Source: Podarcis erhardii (taxonomy: Eukaryota). From it: a DNA stretch of 64,000 nucleotides. The stretch lies in assembly GCA_964252035.1 (NCBI GenBank), contig OZ176207.1; one strand, 5' to 3'. Positions 12,536 through 24,865 of this stretch are shown piece after piece. The notes below the pieces were generated by a model. It ran no database searches, was not told the DNA's origin, and saw only the letters and a list, made by a program, of their open reading frames with translations. Within the stretch, counting starts at the first letter, position 1; each line of letters begins with the position of its first letter. The position numbers and the translations under genes were made by a program.

Positions 12536-14594
12536 GTAACCTGGAACAGGATAAGATCAGAAGCATCCCAGTTGGTCGCCACAAGAATCATGTGCCAGAG
12601 CCAATACTAATGCCATGCAATTGAGCCAAAACTATTAGGGTGCATAGGCCACAACCCCATGAACCTCAGCCAGCCCCCACCTGGCTGGCTGTCGTCTTGG
12701 TTACAACTGTGTATCAAGTTCCTCCTCCTTACATTTCCCAGGATTCTGGGGGGGGGGGGGGTCATGTGTTTTAAGTATAAGGTGTGTATGGAACCCTACC
12801 TGGAGATGCCATGGATTAAACCTGGTACCTTCCGAAGACCAAATGCTCTACCTCTGGGTTATGGGGTAGAGGTCCTTCTCTGTTCCCCCTCCCCAAGAGT
12901 TTTGGGAGATGGCCACACAAGAACGGGCTGTGGTGGTTCTCTGTCTGTGGAATGCTTGCCTGGTGCCATCATTCCATATCTTTAGGTTCCAGGCAAAAAC
13001 ATCATAAGCTCCAACTCTCTGAGTCTCTAAACCAGGACAGGCACCTTCCCACAGCACCCAAATTGGCCACCCTGCCCTCATGTTAGAAAATGGGATGTCC
13101 CGTTTTCCCCATGACACTTGAAGGGTATGAAACATTTCTCTTTCCCCAGGCCGTCAGCCATTAAATGATCTATGGTCTGCAAAATGTGTAATTGGGGGGA
13201 ATATTATTATGGTTATTTTATTATTATGCTTTCTATTTTTTATGCTTTGCATTATGTTTTTATTATTATGGTCTATAAAATATGTTCTCAGTGCCCTTGA
13301 ATTTTATGATAAAGGGTGGTATATAAATTTAATAATAATAATAATAATAATAATAATATGTCTTGTGGTTCGTCTGCCAGACCACCAGCAAAGGAGCCCT
13401 CTCAGGGGTTGTTCCTCTGGGCTCTAGGACTGGGCAGGAAATGTAGAATGCATGCATGAGACTGGCTTGATCGGAAAGTTCTACAATATGTTGCTTTTAA
13501 ATCTAAGATGCAGATTTTCTTGAATTGTCAGTCTATTGATATATGTGACAATAGAGTCTTCTAAGAAGCATCCGTAGACTGATTATTAAGCTGGAAACTG
13601 AAGTCTATAAACTTTCCAGCTGGGGTTTATTGTAATATTTAGCATTAGACATTCTCTCTTTTTTAAGATCTGCCAATTTTAACAGTAGTTTAGCAACAGA
13701 AAAAAGGGGGGGAGCACCTAAAATATACTCTGGCAATTTTCCAGTGCAAATTGGTGACTAGATGCTTGATTTCTATTGATTCCAATTGCTACACCACCCT
13801 CCTTTCCCCCCTTGTACCTCTTGCCTATGTTATTATTTAGTAGAGTAAGTAGCAGGATTTAATGTTTCCAAGAACTGGCAACAGATTGCACCAGCAGTAC
13901 TTAAACAGCAGCACACTGTATTTATTTGTATGCTGCGTGTTTCCCCAATGTATGTAATTCTATCTCCAAATTCAACATTTGTTGGCCATTAAATGGGGAA
14001 TGATTCTGTTTAAGTCAAAACAGCAGTCAAAATACAAACAAGGCTGCATTATGGCGAGGATGTGAACTAAATAGTTGACACCAAATTTCTGGAAAATAAC
14101 CAATGTTTTGTGTCAAATAATACACCCTACTTTGAAAGAGTGTAAATCACACCATTAATAATGGAGAAAATTCTCTGTAAGCACCTAGAGGGAAAATTCT
14201 CCTTATGCATTTGATCTCAGTGGCCTACCAATTTTTTTCCCTTTATTATTTTCTCCCTCTTTATATGTTTTGCAAAATATTGCTGCACCGAAATGTTGCC
14301 TTAAGAAGAGTGGGCGGGTGGGGGAGGGGAGGAAGAAAAAGGTCCTGCTGGATTTCATTTTAGTTGAGCGTAGCTGAAAAATTGAGGCAGATCCTTGGGA
14401 GAGCATTGTGGACTTGTCATCAGAGCCCTGCTGGATCAGGAGGAAAGCTCCAGCATCTCTGTTGTGAGAAGTGGCTTGCGGGGTGGGATAGAGCTGCCTT
14501 TCCAGCAGGTGGGTCATTGTTGTTTAGCAGGAGAGAGAGATGACATGGAGGTCGATGTAGTGCAAATGCACCAGTGAGCTTGCACAGGGCCAAC

Positions 14595-15072
14595 TGTCAG
14601 GACTGCGTGCAGGAGCCAAGACCTGTGACCAACAGGACTCTGTAGGACTGGGGCCTTCCTAAGTTTGTTCTGAAGAGGCAAGGCGTGGCCTCACAGGTGA
14701 GGCCGATTGGTAACTCACAGCACCTGGTGGAAAGAGCCGGGAATGGATATAAGGTCAGCATTTTCCCTTCGGCTCTTTGCCACAGCAACATGCTTCCTGC
14801 CTTGCTGTGTTTGGCTTCTTGCTTCCTGATCCTTGAACCTCGGCTTCTTGACTCCTTGCTTCTTGATCCTCGATCCTCGGACCCTTGACTTCGTGACTTC
14901 TTGCTTTCCGACTCTCAGACCCTTGGCTTTCTGACTCCTGGCTTCTAGACCCCCGTTCCTGCTCCCACTCCGCCATCTTGCCCCTGGTCCCAACGTCCCC
15001 ATTCCTGCTCCCACGCCGCCATCTTGACCCTGGTCCCAATGACTTCAATCACCCGTGAACCGGACCGTGACA
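14595..15072 (+). mobile_element. Solo LTR (Gypsy/Ty3-like), family Y copy 1
   Basis: TGTCA...TGACA termini, perfect 5-bp TSD CCAAC (14590, 15073), ATTGG at 14706 and TATAA at 14748. Homologous to 28443-28898. Confidence 0.9.
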
Positions 15073-15164
15073 CCAACCTCCTCACTGCTTTACCCCCCCT
15101 CCATCTCAATCATGGAAAGCAACAGCAAACCCCTCCATCTCAATCATGGAAAGCAACAGCAACA

Positions 15165-15370
15165 GCAAAGACAAGCCTGGTAGATCAGGCCAGTGACCCA
15201 TCTAGTCCACCATCCTGTTCTCATGGTGGCCAACCAGAGACCTGTGGGAAGCCTGCAAGTTGGACAGGAGCACAACAGCATTCTGCTCTCCTGCGATCCC
15301 AGTGATTCGTGGCTGGTAACCATTGACAGCTTCATCCTCCATTAATTTGCCTAATCCTTTTTCAAAATCT
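15165..15370 (-). mobile_element. Old CR1 3' fragment
   Basis: gatcaggccagtgacccatctagtcc...ctgttctcatggtggccaaccag...ccattaatttgcctaatcc motif. Confidence 0.5.
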
Positions 15371-15634
15371 CTGTCTCCTGTGGTAGTGAGTTCCTAGAAA
15401 ACTTTTCTCTATCCACTTAGTTGATTCCAATGCGTAATTTTGTAAACTTTTACAATTCCATGCTTTACTCACCTTATCTCTAAACAAGCTGCTCTAAATG
15501 CTGCAAGCTTTCCTCATAAGGGATTTGCTCCAACCCCATTTTGGTTGCCCCAACCATCTGATGAGCTGCTTCTGATTTGCTGGTGGTGTCTGCTGAGACC
15601 ACACCACTTCAAAACGCAAAGGAGGGCTCACATA

Positions 15635-16126
15635 CCGTATTTTTCGCTCTATAGGATGCACCAGACCATAGGAGGGGGAGAACAGGAAAAAAAATCTCCC
15701 CCTCTCTGCTCAGCGCCCCTTCAGCGAAGCGGCAGGAGAAACTGAGCCCCTTCCATTTCTCCTCCAGCTTCGCTGAAGGGGCGCTGCGTAGAGAGGGAAA
15801 ACTGTGCAGCGCCTCTCCAGCGAAGCGAAGCCTGGAGAGCAGGAGGGATCAGTGTGCACCGACCCCTCTCGCTCTCCAGGCTTCAGGCGACTATCTGCAA
15901 GCCTTCGGAGCGGATAGCTGCCTGAAGCCCCCGGGGGCTTCGGGGGCTTCAGCAAAAGCAACGTGAAGCCTCTGGAGTGTGGGGGGAGCTCTCCCTCTGT
16001 GCTTTGGAGGCTTTGCATTGCTATCGCTGAAGCCAAGGAGCCTGAATTCTCTCCATAAGATGCACACACATTTCCCCTTAATATTTTGAAGGGGAAAAGG
16101 TGCGTCTTATAGAACGAAAAATATGG
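15635..16126 (+). mobile_element. Tc1/mariner-type MITE, same TIR family as 4039-4297, GC-rich interior
   Basis: TA|ccgtatttttcgctctatagg ... cttatagaacgaaaaatatgg; perfect 19-bp internal inverted repeat cagcgccccttcagcgaag / cttcgctgaaggggcgctg. Confidence 0.8.
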
Positions 16127-17927
16127 TCATTGATTGTTCCCACACAACAAAAACCCTTTGCTAATGTGAAGGAGCAGAGTTTCCACCAAGCCTTGTCTCT
16201 AATTCTAGTTTTCTACCTTGAAAGAAAATTTTGAGAAGAGGGGGAGGTATTTAAATATGTAGCACCAACACTTGTATTCTGTAGTGGTAGAACCAGTGTT
16301 CGAAACTCCCATTGTTTTCAGGCGCATTTTGCAACAGGGAATTTCATTAGTGTGAGCAGTTTTGGAGCCCTGGGAGCAGTACTGCGCCTAAGATTTCAGA
16401 TTAAAACTGCAGAGTGTAAAGAAAGGAGGGCCTTTTTCTGCCTCCTCACTTCCAACTACTCTCTGAAGACTGGAGAAGAGACCTTCCTAAGAATATTAGG
16501 GAGGGTGGGCAGGGGAAGGACTAGACCATGTGAAAAATGAACATAATATTTTAGCTGCAGTTCATTCATTTTCAGCTTTGTATCCTTGTTATAAAAAAGT
16601 TGCCTGGACATTCCATTGTTGCGCCCATAACCTAGGTTGAAGGTGCCATTTAGTTCCTAACTTTCATCTCTCAGTTTCTAACAATGGGTGCAACCTCTAT
16701 GGAACTGTACCATATACTGGTTGCGAGTGTGGATTTAACTTTTATTTTATGGTTTCCAGGAAGAATCCAAATGTAATGTGGTTCTGTGAAGTTGCAATGT
16801 GTGGTGGTAGAGCAAGCCACTCACTTGCACGTTGAATCATGAAAACGTTGATGGAGATTCCAGATGTTTCAGGAGCAGGGTGTTTTTCAGGAACCTTAGT
16901 TTAATGTGAGGTTATTGGTGATTTAAATATTAGTCGCTGATTTAATTTTGGATGACACCATCAACTATATATCAAGAGTACTGAACTCAGTGAAACACCA
17001 GGGCCACTATTTGTCCAGATGGCTATGCTTCTAGGTCCATCAGGAGAATAGGGCATAGCAAGAAATATAAAGGCCTGGTCCTGTGCATATTATTTGGAAA
17101 TTAGCCCTGCTGAGTTCAAAGGAGCTTGGATTCATGTGGTTAGAGCTTGTATGTGTTATAGCTGGAAGGTGGATCTGCCACAGTTGCACTGGTCTCCACA
17201 GCTACTGTAATGCACCACCCAGTCCTCAGTCCTTTGGCTACTGTTCCTCAACCACTGCTATGTGATAGCAGCTTTCCTGGTTTAAACTTTGCTAAGCTGT
17301 GGGCTACAATTTCCCAGCAACAGCCATAGAGAGGCAGTTAGGAGATGATCTGTGTTTCCAATTAGTATATTACATCAGAAAATTTATATTCCTCAATGCA
17401 GAATTGTAAAAGGATCGTTTGGCGTGGACTGTCCGTCACTGCCATTTTAGAGGAGATGGAAAGCTGCATGTCTATAATTACTTAAACAACGTATAAATCA
17501 ATCACTTGACATGATTTATGTTAATGCTGCCCTTGAGGAGTTTGCTTCTTACAGGAAACACAAAGAGACGTGATGATAAGCCGCTTACTCTACCTGAAGC
17601 CTTTACTGTCGTATTTATAGGCATCCAAATTACATTAAACTACAGATGGCTCTTGATCATAGATGATTTGTATAGTCAGCAAGCAATTCCATACATATTG
17701 GCTTTATTTATTAATTATGGGTTGGATCCAGACTTAGAATAGACCCACTGAAATCTATTGGACTTCAACTAAAGACTCTTAACCATGCATGGAGTTCTGC
17801 TGGGTCACAGAGCATTCTGTTCTTACAACCAGATGCCAATGGTTGTAACTCAAGCAAGACATGAGTTCAACAGTGCTCAGAGAAAATATGCTTAGGATAG
17901 AAATGCTAAGATAAAATAGGTCAGCTT

Positions 17928-18050
17928 CCAGAGGGATAGTCATGTTCAGCTGTTGTAACAAAACCAAGAGAGTCCTGTGGCACCTTAAAGACTAACAAAT
18001 TTATTATGGTATAAGTGTTCTTATTTTATAGTCTGTTTCATTAGATTGCA
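17928..18050 (-). mobile_element. Degenerate older member of the hammerhead-bearing Penelope-like short repeat
   Basis: The minus strand reads ...cttataccataataaatttgttagtctttaaggtgccacagg..., homologous to the 3' part of the copies at 20238, 26102 and 38365. The ribozyme core is decayed (ctaatga...gaacac). Confidence 0.55.
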
Positions 18051-20141
18051 TGGAGTGTTATCCTGAATTACATTCGTACATATACAGGATTATGGAGGAG
18101 GAAATTGGAATGCAGAAAGTACAGACAGTGATAACTGAATTATTACTATAGCCATTTTACAAAAGATAGCTGACCTGATAGCAAAGATATGGCATTAGTA
18201 AGCCAATTAACATTCAGGTAGTGTGATTTGAAACAAAGGGGGGGGGGGATCCAAAACCCTTTGTTCTGATTCAGTCCACAAGTAATAGCATGGAACCTCT
18301 TGATGAACTGCAATTTGGAGGTTTCAAGTTGTAGTAAAATAGACTCTTTTCTTTTTAAGGAAAAAATAGCATGCAGGACAAAGTGTGTCCCCCTCTCCAA
18401 AACCTATTTTGTCCTGCTTCTCCCCTCTCCAATATTGCTTTCTGGTGCCACCAATGAGGATGAGGGTCAAATCACTGCTCTCCATGAGTTCTTCAGAATG
18501 GTCCATGTGTGCGGGGGGGGGGGCAGGCAGGGATCACATGGTTGGCACTCCCTGTTTTTCACTCTTGTTGTTGCTGCCTTCCCATGCAGACTATCATGTG
18601 CCAATTCCAGCCAATGGATGGATGTCATGGTGAGGGTGTAGTGGGCCAATAAAACCCTCCCTGCCCCCTCTCTCTCACTCTCCCTCCCACCCACCCTTGC
18701 AATGAATGTCTGCATGGCAGTGCCAAAAGTGGGAGAAAGGGGAAAGTGGGATGGTTAGGCCAGACTCAAAAGGAGGAGGATGCTTTTGGTCTACCTGACA
18801 GAAAGTGGAAAAGCTTCCCACCCATTTAAGCACTGCCACATGGAGAGAAAGTCATCTGTGTGCTTGGAAGTAAATGTCACATCCTTGCCAACATTGCCAC
18901 ATTTATCCACATTCTTTTAGCTGTTTCAACTTGTGTTTCTTACCTTTGCCTTACTGGTTTCTGACCTCTCCATTTGACTGGAGATTTCTAGTAGGGTTCT
19001 TTTGGCAGTTTTTCTTTAACTACGTACTTAGGTACATTTTCCTACCTGGCCCATGTTGTTTGCCTGCAGTTAACTCTGCTTCCAGCTTCTTCTCTCTCTT
19101 TTTTGAGAACTTGGGGAGATTTTATTTGTGTTTCTTTTTTTGCTTTGGAGGAGTTTTCAATCCATTATTCCATGAAGGGTTTCCTTTCAGAAAGGGTCAT
19201 TCACATTTAAAAATCTTTACCTGAATGAATATCAATGCAAAAGAGGAAAGCAAAAGATTTCCAACCTATGTTGTTAAAGTATAGCTGTCTCTCCCCCTTC
19301 CCTCCCTTCTTGTGTCTTCCTCCTTAATTATCTGTCTTGACACTCATTGATGGAGAACGTTAGTACATTTTGCAGAACCCAGAACCAAAGCCCTTGAACA
19401 GATTGATACACCAGCAGCAGAACAAACCCACCTCTTGGCACAGTTTGCCAGGTGAGTGGGCAAGTCACCTTCTGTCGCTTCTGGCTTCCCATCTCTTGCA
19501 GCTACATTTTGGATTCCTCTTGAAATTATTTCCTGTGTGTGTTTTGTCAATTAATCTCTTCCTAGAAACCAATTACTGTACATTCTGCAATATGTGTCTC
19601 CCCCACCACCAAAGAATTAAAGTAACTCAGAGAGAACTCACAAAGCTTCCTTTTGCAGGAGAAAGCTCAGCTACAGTGCATGTTTGTTGCATGTAGAATG
19701 ATAAAATGATCTCAGCGACAAAGGCTGGGAAAGGCTTCAGGGTGCTTGAAACTTCAGGGAGCTGCTGTCAGCTACCATATCATGAGCTGGACCTAATGCA
19801 AAAAAATGGAGAGACATCGATTGTGCTAAAAACAATAAGCTGCTATAGATGGTGGGAAATGCTGTATGCCTTTGATTTAGGTAAGACGTAAACATCAGGT
19901 TGCGACAGAATATACATGAAGCACACCCAAGAGCATAACCAGTTGTCACAACTAACAGAAGCCCTTGGACCATCATGTTAAAAGATTTTGAAGATGGGGG
20001 AAATCACGAGAGCAGAGCTCCAAGACTTTCCCCCGCCCCAGAACAAGAGACTACATCTGCCAAAATGCCACAGTAACTGAGGGACAGTCCTTGTTCTGGC
20101 AAGCAAATGAGGAGATAACAAGGCTTCCAAGTTTTGCTACT

Positions 20142-20214
20142 TAGAATCATAGAATCATAGAGTTGGAAGAGACCACAAGGGCCATCGAGTCCAACCCCCT
20201 GCCAAGCAGGAAAC
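20142..20214 (-). mobile_element. Young CR1 3' UTR-only insertion
   Basis: 73 bp matching the 3' end of the long CR1 at ~49343 with one mismatch, including the (ATTCTATG)n tail. Confidence 0.85.
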
Positions 20215-20237
20215 TTGTAGTGATTGATTAGCATACA

Positions 20238-20277
20238 GGTATCTGAAGAAGTGTGCATGCACACGAAAGCTCATACC
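20238..20277 (+). ncRNA. Minimal type-I hammerhead ribozyme motif, intact core
   Basis: Stem I ggtat(20238)/atacc(20273); CTGAAGA (20243-20249); extra A; stem II gtgtg-catg-cacac; GAAA (20265-20268); palindromic AGCT in place of stem III; UC cleavage site at 20271-20272. Confidence 0.78.
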
Positions 20278-20325
20278 AATAGCAAACTTAGTTTGTCTCT
20301 AAGGTGCTATTTTCTTATTTTGTTT
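20238..20325 (+). mobile_element. Hammerhead-bearing Penelope-like non-autonomous repeat, 3'-truncated copy
   Basis: The ribozyme is followed by aatagcaaacttagtttgtctctaaggtgcta, as in the other copies. Confidence 0.7.
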
Positions 20326-23300
20326 TAGCAGAAAGAAAGTAAGAGAATGAAGAAAGTAATCAAGCAGAATCCCAATTGTTTGATTGGGTTCCTACTTCAC
20401 ACTGGAACTGAAATGGTAACATTTCTTTGCAGGGTTGTTTGCATTTCATCTGGCTGAAGACCTTTTGTTTTCAAGATAAACCTATGCAGTCAGAACCTAG
20501 AAGTACCATTGAATTTAATGGCACTCGCTCCAGGAAATTATTCGCAGGATTATGGTCACGCTTATCCTAATGCAGTGGGTATTAGGCTATGTACCAATGC
20601 TCTTGGGGAAGAGGGGACAACACAGCTGCCTGCATTTTTGGACTATCCTTGAGGTGCCTGGCTGTGGACTCTCATTGGAGCTCATCACTCCAAAATTTAC
20701 CAGCACCACACTGCTCCTTGGATAAATTCACTGAAAAGGTTTACCACAATTTCACTATCCGCTAATAGGGTGCAGAACTCCAGAGGCCACATTTGCATGC
20801 AGCTGTCGTATGGAGTCACACAGCTAATGCAGAGAATATGTAGCTGATAACTGCAGGAAAGGAAGTTCCCCCAGCACATTTGAAAAAGCCAATAGAAACC
20901 ATAAGATGTACTACACCATAATAAGTATGGTTCCTAACCATCCCCTTACTCCAAAATAATAGCACTCTTGGTCACTTGGTACATTTCACACCCCTTCTTG
21001 CACAGCTTTATTTAGACCTTGGAGAGAAGCCAGAACTCCTTTGTTCAAGTTCGCATTTCAGCTGACTTGATGGAAATCTACACATCTGGAACAAGGAAAG
21101 CCATTCTTTCAAAGTGGACGCCAGCGTAGGACTTTGGCAACGAGAGTGAGCTTGGAGAACAAATATCATTTGGAAAATGGCACAGTGTTCAAAACAAACA
21201 CGGCCTCTAATCGGTTTGGGCTGCTTTTGAACCCGTGTGTGGTTATTTTAAATATATCTCTTCAGTTATTTTGAAAAATGGAAAATGTTTTCCTCCGGCT
21301 TGAAGGCCACCAAAAGCCTTGAAGTAAAGAGGGACAGGATCAGAAGACTAAGTTTGCAGCTTTCCTCCCAGGATTAGGAAGAATTCCCTTCCCTTGAAAA
21401 TATTAATAGCTTTTGGTGGTAATTGTTAAGTCAGAAGATTGGTGGCCTAGTAAGTTTCTAAACATTCGTGGTACAAGGAACACGCAGTGCCTCAAAAGCT
21501 TTGGATTTACTATGAAAGGCCAGTTTCTCTTGCCCCATTTTGTGGTTTAGCACAGTGCAAGCAGACAACATCCATGCTCAGATTTAAATCTGTGGTTCTT
21601 GATCCAACAATCAGTGCAGAAGCTGCCTTTAATTGCATTGGCTGTGAAAATGTGGGCGAGGAGTAGCGATAAAAGGGGGGGGGGCAAAAAAGTTCTTCAC
21701 CCTGCTGCATTTCCTCCTCCTCTTCAGCAGCAGGATGTAACAAAAAAGAAGTCTGAGCAAAATACACAAGCCATGAATTTATTTATTTATTGCATTTCTT
21801 CACTTATATGATTCCGATTGTAATTCTCTGGCTAGAGAATGCAGGCTTCCAAGCTCATTTCACCCCCTACCTTTGCATGGCCAAGGGAAGTCGTCTCACA
21901 AATTAACCCCCAATATAATACAAAGCTGCACAAGCTCCCAATATTTGTGTTTGGGTTTATTTCAAATTATTATTCTCAAACCAGTTTGCTAATTTAATAT
22001 TGTTTTGCACATTGATTCAAGGCGGCGTGTGACCTTTTGTAGTGTATTTGATGTCGTCTCCCAAGCCCCTATTAGTATTAATGGGCATTGTGCGGTTTGC
22101 CTTAGAAAGGGATTGTACGGCACCATGTTTTTGTTACATAAACTCTTGGAACGTGTATTACTGCATTCATAGAGAGCCAATTGTATTTGCAAGAGGTATG
22201 AAATTAACAAGTATGGAATTAGCCACCATGTGAGTGGAATGTGTGAGTTATTTCAAAAATATTTGTTTAGTTGCCTTGGAAATAAATAGTCCAGAATTGA
22301 TTTTAAAGAGGCTTTGATAATACAGTATTTGTACTCTAGTAGCCTGAAAGACTGCTAAGTATAACATGGCTTTGTTCCTAAAGGATTGTGCCTGATAGGC
22401 AAATGATAACCTTTAAAAAAAAAAGTACAAATTTAAGTGAACGTTTAATAAATTCTAAGCACATCCCTTTTGTATGGAGGTTCTTCCTTTTTCTTTCAAA
22501 AGCTCATTAGCTTTTAAAATATATTTTTTCTCCTCCTAATTTTCATGTAACTAGCTGAACTATGAGTCAGTCCAAATGAGATTTAAAATAGGTCTCAATT
22601 TTCTATGCATGTAACTGCTCTTAATTGCAAAGAACAAGTGTAGACTGCCTCTGTCCAATTAAGACAAAAAGAGAAAAGGATAATTAAAAATAAATCATAA
22701 CATTCAAAAGTTACAGTTCCATTTTTTAAATAAAATTAGAGGGGCTCCCCCCCCCCCATTTTTTGAAGTTTCTGTGAGAAGAAATGGAACAGTGACTGAA
22801 AGATGCATCGTTTCAGTTCTGCTATGTTATGGGCTTGTTCGCACCACAGTTAGCTGTGTGTTTGCAGCTGTTTGTGTTCCCATTAAATTTGCACAGTCCA
22901 CATGACAATATCCTCAAGCAGCACCAATATCAATGCTTTCCTCCTGTAAATTTAGGTTTACCCGGTATAGGGATAATCCAATAAATTGGAGGAAATTGGG
23001 CTTCAAACTGCTTCACTCAGGGTTGCAGACCATTTGTTCTGGTGTTTTGGAGTGGGTGGGTCACTGCCATTTTCTGCTACTTTCTTTTCCATTCCCGTTA
23101 CTTCCTCAGTGCTTTCTTTTCTGGCCATGCTCTTTACTATTTCTGGTGCACTCCTGAATATATATTTTTTAAAAAAATGTTTTCTTTTGATCCCTCAGTT
23201 TTGCACAAAGTCTGAAAATGGCATGAACAAACATTAAACATTTCTACTTCAGATATATTGCATAGCAATCTGAAAAAATGTGTACTGGGAATTTAGAATT

Positions 23301-23356
23301 GCTTACATTTCTTTTCAAGCTGGCTAGAAAGGGAGGCATCAAGAGCTTAGCTACCT

Positions 23357-23396
<40 letters not shown>

Positions 23397-23860
23397 TCTC
23401 CGTCTGATTTGAACAAAACCAGAAAACTTCGTAATCAAATGCCACCATATATAGATATTGCTTTGCTCCTTCAGATTGCACAAAAGCAGAACAGCACAAG
23501 CAAATTTCCAATTGCCTGTCTGTGCTTTCGTGCACTTCCTTGGCAGGGATTTAAACAAAACAAAAAACAAAACAAAAAACAAGGCGCACCAGCATCTACC
23601 TGCATGCATCCCCCTGCTGGTACTTATTCAGCATAAGAGAACAAAGAAATAAGAAGGCAGGGACAAACACAAAAAGGATCGCTTGCTGAGATGAATGGGA
23701 AAGGCCAAAGTTGTGCCTCATCTACAAGTTCAGATAAGGATGTAGACTACTCTGGTCTAATTTGACTGGGCAGAGAGCAGATTAACAGCTAAATCATGCT
23801 CAAATGTTGATATGGCCATCAACTTTGGATACAAGATATTGACTGTATGATGGTGGCATT

Positions 23861-24724
23861 TTGCATGTCAAGGCCCTAAGCCAGCCCCCCATAAGAAATT
23901 CACACTGACACAGAATTTTGGTTTAAGGTTAATGAGCAAAATTTAGGCCACAACTTTATTGATTATAGCAAATGTGAGCGGTATTGGGTTGGGCATTGGC
24001 AATAGACTATATCTGACTTCTGCCCACCTTGCAGGGAGTCATGAAAAGGTAAACCACCAAAAGATGTAGCCACATCGGGAGAACCCACCTGCAGCTCTCT
24101 TTGGTGTTCCTAGAGGCCTGGCATGGCCCTAGCCCCTCAAGCGGACTTTGGACAAGATCCAAGCCCCGGATTCCTTTAACGGAATATCCTTGGACATGGA
24201 GGGACAGTCAATGGCCGACCTCCCCTCCCCCACACATCAATAACGCAATGCCTAACCACCAAACCTTACAAAGTTGTGATGATTGCTAAGGGGTGAGCAA
24301 AAACCAAGAGGCCAATGCCAATCTGCCAAATGGAAAAATTCCTACCCGGCCCAAGACAGGCGACCAACCAAAGTCCAAAGCAAGGCCAGAGGACACCTAA
24401 AATAAAATGGCGAGTGGGTGGGTGTTTGGCAGTGTGAAGCAGCGTGAAGCAGGTGCACAGCACACAACACACTGCCGCTTATATACCCCCCCACGAACAC
24501 CCCACTGAAAGTGATTGTCCAAGGAGGCCTGGGGTGATTGTGGTGCCACCCCGGCATGGAGGGCCTCACTCCACCCACGCCGGGGTCTGTGTGGACCTGT
24601 GTTGAGGGCCTGCCCGCAACCAGGACCATCTTTTAAGATGATCCAACTTGTACAAGTATTTAAAGATATTTCATGCTTGCGGAAACCAATGATCTGCATA
24701 CGAACAACAGCCTGCATGGCAAAC
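23861..24724 (-). mobile_element. Solo LTR-like element, family X copy 3 (diverged)
   Basis: Shares ggccacaactttatt, ttcctttaacggaat, ccttacaa.gttgtga and aaattcctacc blocks with copies 1 and 2; minus-strand TATATAA near 24480; element-oriented end ccttGACA-TGCAA. Confidence 0.7.
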
Positions 24725-24865
24725 ATGGCAAGGACACCTGTTCCAAACCCTTTTCAGCTTGGTCATGTGATCTCAGGCCCAGTCATCAAAACTCAAGCCC
24801 ACACTTACCTGGCTGCTCACCCAATAGTAGCTCCTCCCAGAGGTTCTTGAATGGACTTAGGAATA

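Noticed and set aside
12253-12591. Poly-Glu/poly-Leu ORF (similar cases at 26036, 33441 and 45357)
   Set aside because: Translation of (CTT)n, (CAA)n or (AAT)n microsatellites.
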